This document shows positions 24,901-36,863 of a stretch of DNA of 64,000 nt, piece after piece. Each line of letters begins with the position of its first letter. Position 1 is the stretch's first letter. A program made the translations under genes and the position numbers. Under the pieces are notes generated by a model. The model made no database searches. It was not told where the DNA came from and worked only from the letters and a program-made list of their open reading frames with translations. This DNA is from Marsupella aquatica (lineage: Eukaryota > Plantae > Marchantiophyta), in assembly GCA_973895155.1 (NCBI GenBank), contig OZ316898.1:10444286-10508285 (forward strand), written 5' to 3'.

Positions 24901-25396
24901 CAACTGGATATGAGTGATGAAGACCCCACTATACTACTTGGAATGAACCCACTCTTGTGCACAAATAACATATTGCATTCATGTTTTATTGTGTACTTGA
25001 ATGAACTCACTCTATAAGTTCACCATTCATCATGTTAACATTAGAATACATAGTTTCAGAAAGCCATCTTCTATACCATGTACACTAATATGAATTCACA
25101 GATTCAAACTTCATAGACTACAAAGAAGGTCACAAAGTATTCCTCTATACCATACACACTAATACTGAAATGATACAAAACAGATTCAAGTATCATAGAC
25201 AATCACCATAGAGCCATAGTTTGACATCAATCACTTGTTTCATACATACAGAATTCAGAAATATCAATGTCACACACAACGGCTCCTTCATCCTCTTTAC
25301 CAAATGGAAAAATTGGTACAGATATTTCTTGGATCTTTCCAAGGCAATGTCAAAATGTGACACAATTCACATGATTCTATCTACACTTGCATTCAG

Positions 25397-28300
25397 TCAC
25401 TGCAGACTAACACACTCTGATGGCCAGAGCACAAGAGATCCTACTGCATCTGCAATTATTTCCTGAGGTGGATCATCGTCTCTATTCAGAAATGGCAAAT
25501 TACAATCAAATACAATCACTGTAGTCAACAACACTACTACATGGTCATCCGGGACCACTTTGCCATGGAATTTTGCATGATCCGGTCGCAAAATGCCTGT
25601 ACCCACACATACCTGCGAGTCATCCTCCCATGATAGAAGATTATGGACTGGCTCTGCTGTGGCTATCACCTCCACCTTACCCTGGCTGTTTTTCTTGGCT
25701 TTCCTGGGTGGCTTATACATGACATTATTCATACCTTGGTTGCGAGTCATGACTTTGGCACGAGTGTTTTGTGCTGATGATCGAGAATTGGCTACACTCT
25801 TCTTCAAAGAATCTGCATCCATATTTGACACTTCTGATTGTGTAGCAGGATTTCCCTGCGACATCATCTCAGTATCTGCCAACATTGTACTTGCTTCAAT
25901 TGAAGCATCTACAATCTTACTTGCATCCAATGTTGCTCCCAAGTTTCGACGTCGCTTCACCCTGCTCCCACTTGGTTGAGAGTCTATCAACTCTGCATCA
26001 ACTACAATTCAGTGTCATGTCCAACATAAGTGAATCACTCATCACATGTGCTAAATGTACATGTCACCAACCACAAAGTTGTCACTATCTCCTTACCATT
26101 ATGAACAGCCTTCTTCCCCTTCTTTGCCATTGCCATATGCTCTATGTCTGCTTCTGTTGATCAATAAACACACCACAATATTCATGTTGAATCTATTAAC
26201 CACTGAATTGTTGCTCAACATTCATATAGAGGAATTTAAAGCATCAGCTTACTTGATACCTCCTTGGCTATGGTCACTGAGGCACTGGGCACATCTTCTT
26301 CATTATTGCTCTTTGAATCACCTGATACATCAATCATGATGTCACTTCAGATCCCAGTTCATCCAACCAGTTCTTACAGAAAAGATTACCTCCAACCGGC
26401 TTAAGCTTCACAAAACTCCATGCACTTTTCAAATGTAATGTACTGGATCATAGCAGGTTACCTGTCTCAGCAACCTTCTTGCCCTTCTGCTTACTGATTA
26501 CAGGGTCCTTCTCTGCCTCCACTCTTCCTGCATTCAAACCATTCACTCAATTCATGAAAACTTACTTCTAACATTTGAACATAGGACACAATGAACAATG
26601 GGCCGGTGTCATTTCCATACCTGTGTCAAATTTGCCAATTCCCTTTTTTGTTAACAAGGGCACACTTTGTACAATGTTGCCCTCATTGTTTGGTTGGGAA
26701 CCACCCAATTTTTCAATCACAAGCTTGAAATTAGATTCCACTGATGCAAGAAGGTTCGCTACAGATGCCTCCACAATATCCAAACGATCAGCCAATTTAC
26801 TTTCCACTCGAGGGAGTCCACACTCTAATGACTTCAACCGTTCACACATCTCTGTGAGAGTTGTAACAGTTCCCTGTCATAACACAACTTACATATCTTA
26901 GATAACTGTCCCCAAGAACTGGTTGCTTACTCCTACTACATTTCTTTCTGATGCTCAAGGCCAAATAGTCACAGAACATACAGAATTACAACATAATCAC
27001 CTATTTGGAAGTTACACTTGTCACCTCACTCCTTTGTTTCATGAACTCCTCTCTCACTTCTTGTGCTGATGGTTCTTCACCTGTCAATTTCTTCTGCAGT
27101 CCACATCAACATACATATGAATGAAACCAAGTGTTGATTGTCAATGAAAATGTAATAATGGTAGCAAGATGATAAGTTTGAGGCTTACTATCAGGCATGT
27201 CACTGCCTTACCAATTGTTCTTTCACTGGAGCATAACTTCCTCTCCCAGCCTGTGAAAGGTGTTTCACTTTGCCTCGAGCATTTGACATCAGTTCACTCT
27301 TGCTCTGTCCAGCCTCCGACATGAACCCTTTGATTAACCGTGTCCATTGATCCAGTTCCAATGATGGGGGTGGTGGCATTCTCCTGTTAGAACCATTGTC
27401 TATCCACATCCTTTTCAACCTATGCCTCTCTTGTTTCAAAATCCTCATTGCATAATCTGATATGCAATCTTCAACTGGGCCCTTACCATCATTACCAACA
27501 TACTCCCACCGTTCAAGAATGTCCTTGCAGATAGCAGCCCAATCAGCTTTGTTCTGACTCCTAAACTCTGTAATGCTCAAATCTAACCAACGCAATACTT
27601 CTCCTCTTAGGTCAGAATGCCAACGGTTCTTACCATCACATGTGGGAGTTATCCAACCTTCGGAATTCACTTCTACTTTACCAAATTTGTTACTGTCTCC
27701 TGCCTTGGTACTCCCTGAAGCGCTACTAGGTGTCCCTCCACGGCCTGGTGTCCCCCCACGGCCTGGGGTCCCTCCACGGCCTGATCTCCCCCCACGGCCT
27801 GGATTGCATTGTCCAAACCTCCCTGGAGTCCCTGCACATTTACAGGATCCATTTACAGTCACTTACATTAGGTAAGTATGAATCATAAATCCCGCTGCCA
27901 AATATACAATGGACTTCAGAGCAATTCTGTAATGACCAAGTTACCTCTCCCTTGGCGCATAGATGGTTCTAGACCACCTGTCCTATTGCTTTGTCTTGAT
28001 GAATTAGGGGCGTTTCTCCCGCCTGTGAATGATTGCCTCCTATCTGAACGTGGATGGCCTTTGTTGTTTTCGTGATTGTCCCAATCAGAGTCTGCATACC
28101 AACAGGTACATGCCACACTCATGGACCTGTAAGATAAACTCTTTGCCCTAGCTACACATCAGATAAGTGCATATTGAGCTAAATCTCTACTACCATCACA
28201 AAATCACTAGCACAAGGCACTTACTTGTCCAATCATCCTCCTCACCTTTCCATTGCCCTCTGTACCCGTCTCTACCACGCTCTGGGTGTTCATATTCATC

Positions 28301-28567
28301 CCATCCATCTTCTGCTCCATCATAGTCATCATCATAATTATCAGGCGTCCCTTGCCAATAACTCTGGCTCCTTCTAGGGTATGGATTATGTGATTTCTCT
28401 CTAGCTGCCCACCTACCTGGGACTTGATGAGGGCCCTGTGCATCTTGCACAGGTGCATTTTTCTGTGAGCCCCCTGCATCTGGGTCTCCATCCATATCCA
28501 ATCTTTCCTCTTCACCCCACTCTCCAAGCCCCATGTCTGTCTCCATGTCATCACCCTCTTCCCCCAT
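25397..28567 (-). CDS. TnpA-like (Tnp1/En/Spm) multi-exon gene of CACTA-2
   Basis: Acidic N-terminus, PGRGGT repeats, helical core WHSDLRGEVLRWLDLS...PPSLELDQWTRLI, C-terminal FHGKVVP..VVVLLTTV...LPF...DAVGSLVLWP; GT-AG introns. Confidence 0.75.
27725..27805 (-). repeat. 18-bp coding tandem repeat (PGRGGT/RGG)
   Basis: Repeated CCACGGCCTG units on the + strand. Confidence 0.85.
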
Positions 28568-28744
28568 AGCTTCTGCACAGCACCCACAACCAAACAGGGA
28601 GAATCAGCACACTAAATTCAAAGTATCAATCAATTTCATGCATATCCAACTATCCTAAACATCATTCCAGGCAGCAATTCCCGTTCTGTGACTCTGTGCA
28701 GGTAGTCATCCTCAACCTCATACTTGCCAATCGCCAGCTGTTGC

Positions 28745-31700
28745 CTATTGCAAATCATCAACCTCATCATATTCCATTTGCCCAGGTTCATCATATGTCT
28801 CTCTCAATGTTAAGGGGATGTAGTCAGTCCCTGCCCGAGTTGGAAGTACAGTCTCATGACTAGGATGCTCGAATGCAGCATGGTCATCCAAACTGAACTC
28901 TACTTTACTTCCATCCATCCGCCTGTTCCGTGCTTGGCTATGGCATACCACCCTCCAGCCATGTGACTCCTCCATATCTGCAAAGAAAGCCTGTTCAACT
29001 TGGCTAGGGAAAACAAAAGGCTCAGACCATTCTGGTACTCTGGACCTAAAATTGGCCAACAAGAACCCATCATGATCACGCTTCATGGTGGCCCTTGGTC
29101 TCTGCCACTCTGATTTCACCCATGATCCCTTCATCAATATCACTGGGACACTTGTGTTACCATAATTCAACACCCAAATGTCGGTCAACTCCCCCACGTA
29201 ACCCATCTTCATCCACCCCCTCTTTTCTTCAGAGGTTCTCTGCTCAAACACAGAAATCAAACCACAATCATATGATACACAATGGTCACCCTGCTCATCC
29301 CTCACTCGATAATGATTTCCATAAGCTCTCATCCGTTTGTAGGTCAGAATAGACAATCGTGGTGGCACAGATAGAAGATACAAATCCTTCTCCATATCTG
29401 GGTGATGTCTACTATGCTCTCGAATTGTCACCCGAATCCACTGCTCGAACTGTGGGAAGGGATCCTACTGCCCAGAGTGTGCAGCTTTTTGCATATCATA
29501 TTCCCTGCAATATGAGGTACAGGCATAGTTAGGTCTAAACAACACATGACAACCTAAGATCACCCTTGGAACAGACAAGAAGCATCACAACAAAGGCAAG
29601 TCAATTCAATCACTCACCTCCACCATGGTTGCATAGGCTCTGTGTTTGCCAGCACATATGAATGAGCCTTGTCTCGAATCGCAACAGGCAACTGAACAGC
29701 ACGTCCCACACCTTCAACAACCTCACCACTCACTCCATCATCTTCACCAGATTTCCAAACTCTTGTCATAGCTTCACCAGACCCAGCCATGTACTCTGTT
29801 AGGAATCCCAACGTCTCATCCTTAATGTACCCCAATGCCATGGAAGCCTCTGGCCTGTAGTATGTTCTCACATGACCTTTCAACAACTTCATGTATCGCT
29901 CCATAGGGTACATCCATCTGGTACTGACTGGCCCATACTGCCCTAGCTCTTCTACCACATGGATTAGGAGATGAGTCATAACATCAAAGAAAGCAGGGGG
30001 GAAGTATATCTCCAAGTCATAGAGGACATAAGCAGCATCCTGCTTCAACTGCTCCAATCCTTGGGGATCCCACACTTTCACACATATACGGCGAAATACA
30101 TTGCACAGTCGAAGAATGACATTACGAACTGGTTTCTGCATGAGACCTCTGAGGCATAGGGGCAGAATGTGCTGCATCAACACATGGTAGTCATGTGTTT
30201 TCATACTGCCAAGTTTATTCTTTGTAATATGCTTCTTGAAGGCACCAGCATAGCCAGAGGGCACTTTCAGACAGCTCAATCTATACAAGAATGTCTTCCA
30301 TTCATCCTGTGTGCACACATAGGGAGCTTGGAACTTGAGAAGTACATTGGGATTGCTTGCATGGGGCTTCAACCAAAGGTGAGGGCGAATCCCCTTCTGT
30401 TGCATATCAGCTCGAACTGCTCCTGTATCTTTCTCACCCGACAAGAACTTCAGCAAGCTCTCACAAATATTTTTCTCAATGTGCATGACGTCCACATTGT
30501 GTTTGCTGGGCTCGAATTCCTGCACTCCACAAAGCAAAGAATTCAACAACAGAAACACTAATTAACCACATAGGAGGATTGTAACCAACATCAATCCACC
30601 ATTGCTCCAATCTAAAATTGCAATCATACAGGGGTTGGAGGCTAAGTACATTACCCTCCAGTACTCCAACTCCAAGTCCATCAAGGTCTGTCTTTTCACA
30701 CCGTGTTTCACCACTGGATCCTCAGGTTCTCGATCAGTGGCACTTCTCTTGTCCCAATCAGCCTTCCTGGCTGCCCACCTCAGGACTTGCTCTCTGGTGA
30801 CCCTCTGTGGTGGGCCACGAAGCTCTGTTTTGTTGTTGAAGTGTGCAATTTGAGACCGTGTGTGCCTGTAAGGATGATCAACAGGCAGATACCTTCTATG
30901 CCCCTGAAATTTCATACTGTGCAGGGCATGCGACCACTCACTTGTCACATTTTTCCCACATGGTGTGCACCCCACATAGACCTTTGTCACTCGTCCAGAT
31001 ATGATGCCATGGCCTGGGTAATTTGCTATATCCAGCAAACAAATTGCATGCAGTCTAAAGGGGCTGGGTCGAAGAAGCCCCTTCAGAACATCATGGGTTA
31101 ACACCCCTTCTATCCACAAAGTCTTCCACTCTTCCACTGCTGGAGCCAACATGATATCTATGAATTGCTCGGTCACAGAAGCTGATCCAGGGATTAACAG
31201 CACCATCATGACAAAAAACCTCTTTGTAGTCATCCATGGGGGAAGGTTGTAATTTAGCAGCGTAACCGGCCAACATGAATAATGGTTGTTTTTGTCTCCA
31301 AATGGGTTTACTCCATCCAGTGATAGACCAAATCTAAAGTTCCGCTTCTCTACAGCAAACTGTGGCCACCTCTCATCAACAAATTTCCAATGGTTGGAAT
31401 CTCCAATGTGACGCTGCAGGCCATCACTGCTCTTGTTATCAGGAGTCCATGTCATCAGCTTGGAAATGGCAGGGCATCTAAACAGACGTTGTAGTCTAGG
31501 AATGAGAGAAAAATGACGAAGAACCTTGGCAGGGTGTGTACATTTCCCTACATTCTTGTACTTGTGCTTACCACAATGAGGGCATGTCAATTTATCTACA
31601 TGCTCTTTGCGAAAGAGAACACACCCATCAGGGCATGCGTCAATAGACACATAGTTCAGCCCAAGGTTAGACATCAATTTCCTAGCCTCGTACATATTTT

Positions 31701-32445
31701 TTGGAATTGAATTACCATCTGGTAACACATTTCGGCGCAGGAAGGTCAACAACTCTGTCACAAATATATTGGGAACATTGTGATTGCCACAGATGTTCAA
31801 CAACAACACGACAAAACCCAGCTTGGAGCAGTTCAACCCCTCATAGATAGGAATGCAAGCTTCTTTGATGTGTTTTGGGCCCCCAAACACCCACTCCCTC
31901 TTTGCTGCACCTTCCCCAATGTCAAAGTCAGGTTCAGCTTGGCCGTCGCCAATGTGTGGCTGCGGTTCATTGTCCTCTTCTGATTCCACTGTGTCGTAAA
32001 AAGCATCAAGGTCTTCAAAAATCTCTTGAACCATTCTTGGGACATCCATCCCACCGTCCTCAGTGACTGCCTCTCCATCTCCATCTTGGTCATCCACGTT
32101 CTCATGTTGGACCCCAGGACCATCCTCTGCACAGTCTATGTCCTGCTCTACGTAGTCTCTACGCCTAGCTGTATTAGAATCCACAAAGTCAGCTCTCCAC
32201 TCTTCATCAGAGGAGTCTTCTTCTGCTGGTACATTCCAAACCCTCCATCGAGGGTGCCTTTCATGCCGCAGTAGGTGAAGGTGCACAGTGTTCAAACTCA
32301 ACGACTTGAATCCTTGGCACTGTGTGCATGGGCATGTCATCCTCCTACTCCTACCTTGGGCGGCCCGGGCTTGTTCACGCATCCACAATTTAGAATCATG
32401 ATGCCTAATCCTAAATGGGTTGTGAAGAGGCAACCTTGGATCCAT
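28745..32445 (-). pseudogene. TnpD/TNP2-like transposase of CACTA-2 (exons about 32445-30655, 30519-29618, 29504-28745)
   Basis: CPCTQC..HL, IDACPDGCVLFR, RNFRFGLSLDG, NYNLPPW, DVMHIEKN, MKTHDYH, RWMYPMERYM, EPFVFPSQVEQAFF. One TAG at about 29465; the expected catalytic D appears as N in LDIANYPG. Confidence 0.92.
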
Positions 32446-32771
32446 CACTATACACACGCACTCAGCACCCTGTCATTTTATTATGCAAGTGAAAAATACA
32501 CTTCCTGTTAAGGATTTCACCCCCGACTGTACTTGCCAAAATACGTAACGTTCCAAAAAAACAAAAAAACAAAAAATATAGGTGCCTGAGTCATGTACCT
32601 ATTCTCAAGTGAATGAGACAAAATTCCTAAATGTTTGAGGGTGTCAACTCCTCCGCTGTCCTCACATGTACTGCCTCTGCACGTACATCCATGACCATAT
32701 CAGAGTCCAATCATGTATAGTCATAGACACAGGTGCCAGGTGCGAGACCGGTGTGAGATGTCCTCATCTTA

Positions 32772-33305
32772 CTACCACATCAAATACGGATACCAATCCT
32801 GTTGTCGATGCCACTCAGCCCTGAGGTACTCAGGCATGTACATTAAGTCATCAAGGTCTAAACCCTGCTCATGCCATGGTGGTCTTCGATCCGTGCCTAC
32901 AAGCAGTGGCAGCAGTGCCCTCCATGGTGCACATGTTGCTACCAAGTCCCTCCACTGGGTACTAATTAGTCTATATTTGCAGATATCTTGTGCGCCAGAC
33001 ACCACAAGAACCCTCGGCCAGACATGTGCAAGAACTATATCATCTGCCAAATCAGGCAACAAGGAACCACCTACAGCATCGTGCTTGTCTAACTCATCTG
33101 CTGAAAAGTAAATGTCCTCTTTCGACTGTGCATCCTCATTCACCACAACATTCACAACACATCCAAGGTCTGTAGGCATTATCTCGGATGGAGCTACACT
33201 CTGTCTGGTTACCAATCCACACAAGTAAGCCCAAGCAGTAGCCATGCACGATGCAACCCGTAGGAGGACCCTACATAGGGCCTGACGGTCTGGAAGAGGC
33301 AACAT
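32772..33305 (-). CDS. F-box-like protein (CACTA-2 cargo)
   Basis: SLLPDLADDIVLAHVWPRV...KYRLISTQWRDLV matches the plant F-box pattern LPGLPDDI...R.V...WR.LV. Confidence 0.65.
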   Translation of the reverse strand: MLPLPDRQALCRVLLRVASCMATAWAYLCGLVTRQSVAPSEIMPTDLGCVVNVVVNEDAQSKEDIYFSADELDKHDAVGGSLLPDLADDIVLAHVWPRVLVVSGAQDICKYRLISTQWRDLVATCAPWRALLPLLVGTDRRPPWHEQGLDLDDLMYMPEYLRAEWHRQQDWYPYLMW

Positions 33306-33481
33306 ACCCACCAAAGTCTTCAGCCAAACAGAGCCCAGCAAGTAGATTCACAATCACACCCCACGCAGCAAGAAACAACAATCACTTCAACTGCGACCAA
33401 CCATGACAAGATGAGTTAGTTCAAGGATCACATTTATTACAAAATTGTGATTTATACAAAAATATGAGGGACTCCTACTCC

Positions 33482-34330
33482 TCACTCTCTCCCACCTTTG
33501 CTAAGCATACATCTCCGCTGAATCTTGGAGGGCCAGGCCTCAAAAATATCAAAGTCCCAAGCATTTTGTCGCTTCCCTCTAGCTGCTGATTCCAGAAGCC
33601 AATCAGGGGAAAGCACCCAAAGATTGTTGTTCATGACAAAATCACGCACTGTTGTCTTAAAGAATTTTCTGCATATTTTCATGTATGACAGACCTACAAC
33701 ATGAGTGGAGGTTTCTGTTAGACTCTCCTCCACTGTCCCACCTAGCTCAACAACTATAGACTTGTACAATCTGCACTTAGTCTCCCCAATTCCTTCTTCT
33801 GCAAATACCACACTGAACCCCTTCATAATGGTATTTCTCTCCTTGCCATGCTCATTCAATATAGCATCTGCACGCATAGGATGGTGTCCTATGTTGACAA
33901 CAGGTCCATATTGGACAGAAGCAAAGTTGGGTTTCTCTGCCGCTGCTTCATAGGCTTCCTTTTCAGCCAAAGCCTCTGCAGTGGCCTCCTCACTCTCCCA
34001 CAACTCATATTGCTCAGTACTCTGTACACACCTATGTTTAACAGAATCGGTCAGCCAAGAGACTTCAACTACTTTTAGACCTTGGTTGGTAATGGCAGAA
34101 TCAATGAAGGACCATGACCAGTTGTTCATCACATCCAGCCATGTCCCCGCAACAACATGTGTAGTCTGTGGAGTGATGTCCTTGACTTCAGTCCCATGGA
34201 ACTCTGAGAATCGTTTTTGTACGATTGGCCAACTCACTTGGGTGAACCCATAGTGGCCAAGAATCAAAATGGCTTTGATTCCAGCCAACAGAGGCGGGTG
34301 GTAAACCTTTGTACGTTTCCTAGAGGCCAT
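33482..34330 (-). CDS. Tandem BRCT-domain protein (CACTA-2 cargo)
   Basis: Two repeats with BRCT hallmarks: G...G.V......THVV...V...WL.(D/E)S. Confidence 0.8.
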   Translation of the reverse strand: MASRKRTKVYHPPLLAGIKAILILGHYGFTQVSWPIVQKRFSEFHGTEVKDITPQTTHVVAGTWLDVMNNWSWSFIDSAITNQGLKVVEVSWLTDSVKHRCVQSTEQYELWESEEATAEALAEKEAYEAAAEKPNFASVQYGPVVNIGHHPMRADAILNEHGKERNTIMKGFSVVFAEEGIGETKCRLYKSIVVELGGTVEESLTETSTHVVGLSYMKICRKFFKTTVRDFVMNNNLWVLSPDWLLESAARGKRQNAWDFDIFEAWPSKIQRRCMLSKGGRE

Positions 34331-34928
34331 GTACACACGGGCCACCTAATCACTACAAACCGGAAGATAATGCGTTCACCTGATAATCGGAGGGCCCTTA
34401 AAATGCTGCGTTTATAACTTGGTCCAGTCCAGTCGTCTGGTGAGTCTCTGCTCCGATTCCAAACGGGAGAAATATTGGGACAAACGTACTAGACACCTGC
34501 AAGCATGCACCTCATAGTTCGAATATGTGCCTTGACAATATTGAAGGTGACAAGTGCAATTGTTTTGTGATGCCACATACAGATGTTGTAAATGGGCAGA
34601 CATTCAATGAGAATAGAAAATGTTGGTACACTTTAAGGGAATTCTCGCAAATTAAATAGCCTTGTAACTTATATGCTCATAATGAGAAGTCATGATTTAA
34701 TTTAAGCAGTGTCATGTAAGTCGTGATCAAAATGATTGCAGAGTTAAAAAAGTTCCTAGAAGGCTTAAGGGGAGTTTTTGAAGGCATGTACCCAGGAACA
34801 AGTAATGAACTTAGGGTACTTGTTGCCTAAGCATCCTCTCCTACAGAGGTCCTTCTTCTCAAAATTGGAATGTCTGCAATCTCCAAGGTATCCACATCAG
34901 GTGCACTATGCATGTACATTATTCAGGT

Positions 34929-35609
34929 TCAAAGCCAAGAAATGTGATCTCTCATGGGAGTGTGCAAAGTAGGATCTATGGCATGGCGATGACAATAGAA
35001 GATCCATCGATCAACACCATGTGCAGAGTGATGATAGATGTGTCTGTCACAAGCATAGCCTTCTGCTTGACGCTCCTTCAAACAATGAAAGTGCCACATG
35101 GTGGGACACCTAACACAGTGGACTATGTCCACCCAGAAATCTTCATCGTGCTGACCACATGCCTTGCACTTATGAAGTGGGCAAGCTGTGTCAAGATCGG
35201 GCAAACATGAAAAACAAAAGAACCTCACACAATATCTGTCAGGGCATTTCCTAACAAGTGGTGGAGCATCAACAGAGCCCTCATAAGACCCCAACTTCCC
35301 ACACTGTGCACACTTAGCCTGCTTCTCCAAACAATCAGTGCACATCCAGCCTCCCTGGTGTGCTGACGGGAGGCCCACCCCTGGACAGTTGTTTTCTGCA
35401 GCAAGGTCAGACTCCGGGTTGAGGTGGAAATGCCTCATGCAAGGGCCCTCACATATGGCTAAGCCACCACCATCGTCACAAATGGCACAACAATGAGCTG
35501 CCTTCTGGAAAATCTGACTTGCGGAGAAGTTACTACCATCTGGCCCAACTACACCTGTGTTGCTCACCTCTGTCCCTCGCTTCTTGGCTCGGATTTTAGG
35601 GCGTGCCAT
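34929..35609 (-). CDS. EDM2-like composite PHD-finger protein (CACTA-2 cargo)
   Basis: CAICDDGG..ICEGPCMRHFH...C..C....KCAQCGKLGS...C....C..FF...CPLHKC..C...HCVRCP..WH..CL...IFYCHRHAIDPTLHTPMRDHI matches the EDM2 PHD region as recalled (CAICDNGG..CCEGSCLRSFH...CPLHKC...CRRCPKSYHRKCL...LIYC..HEIDEELLTPVRDHV); basic N-terminal NLS-like RPKIRAKKR. Confidence 0.85.
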   Translation of the reverse strand: MARPKIRAKKRGTEVSNTGVVGPDGSNFSASQIFQKAAHCCAICDDGGGLAICEGPCMRHFHLNPESDLAAENNCPGVGLPSAHQGGWMCTDCLEKQAKCAQCGKLGSYEGSVDAPPLVRKCPDRYCVRFFCFSCLPDLDTACPLHKCKACGQHDEDFWVDIVHCVRCPTMWHFHCLKERQAEGYACDRHIYHHSAHGVDRWIFYCHRHAIDPTLHTPMRDHISWL

Positions 35610-36278
35610 GCCTACGCCTGAGACAGATAGTACAATTTAGTAGAGTGCACAGACAATACAATTTAGTGCAGTGTACAAAAAGTACAATGTAGCATATAGA
35701 CTAGAGTGGCAATTGCTACTGCAATGAAATGTTCACACACATGTGCAGAGTAGACATACTTTTTGGTTTATTGAGCCCACACTAAAAACTGATCCCCTTG
35801 TACAATAGCTCCACCTACACCTCAATTTTGTGGCTATGATTCACCAAAGGAGATCTGCAACAAGATTTAATGCATTTGAATCACATATAACAGTCGTGAC
35901 ATGTAAAACAGGCATTTTTTGAACAGGATTGGTATCAAGCAGTGTGATCAAGGTTGTAATTTATACATCCTAAATAGGCTATGATAGTGAATGAGACAAA
36001 TAAGTTAGGCATAAATCACTTTTTCCAGGTTATCACATGGCCCATTAATTCCAGTCTTTGAAAGGAGACTTTTAAGTGAGCTTGCTAGCCTCTTAAATTA
36101 GGATATTGTACTTAGTGCAGCCATAATAGGATAAGTTATGTACTGTTGACCGTAAACCCTGGACCCAAAATTGCTCATAATTCAAAATCTTAAGTAAATA
36201 TCCTCTCTGTTCAAGTCAAAGTGTTAAGTTATAGGTCAATGGTCTCTGGTCTGTGCATGCGGTGTGACAAGTGGTCTT

Positions 36279-36863
36279 CTACAGCGTGTGATCCAAACAT
36301 GTATAGACACCAAAGTGACCGGTGGTGGGGTCTGGGAGGGCAGGACAAGTGACATCGCCAGGCACACTGCAGGATGGCGAGTGGTTCCAGATGATACATT
36401 GTGCTCTGTGAAAAAACCGACATCCAAGAGAACAGTCATCCAACTCTAGGCCAGAAGCCCTACAGGCAGGACAGTCATACTGGCAACTGTGCACACACCC
36501 TTGGGCCCTAATTTGTGGCGGGTCATGTACGAGAGACAAAAATACCAAGGATGTTGGGAAGGGTGGAGAAGCAGGTACAGGGCGGCTATAGTTATTCCTG
36601 ACAACAACTGGGTACTCAAAGTACCATGCAGACTGGGCTGGAAGGATCCCAAGTCTGACATACTCAAGGTGCAACATCTCTACCTTGCGTGCAAGCCGCA
36701 CATGTTCAGCATTGCGGGTCCTCACCATAAGTGTTGCTTTTGTGGAGTGTCGTGTGTTCACGTCCTCTGATAAGCACCTTCGATCAGCAAGGTGAGCAGG
36801 AGCTGTACTTGCCTCACCAACAACAACCAACCTTAAATTATCAGTTCCCACTCACTGTGTCAT
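36279..36863 (-). pseudogene. Cys/His-rich ORF of unknown function (CACTA-2 cargo), probable early TGA at 36852-36854
   Basis: ATG ACA CAG TGA GTG GGA is in frame with the 190-aa ORF; Cys-rich C-terminal half; acceptor cctag| at 36878. Confidence 0.45.
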
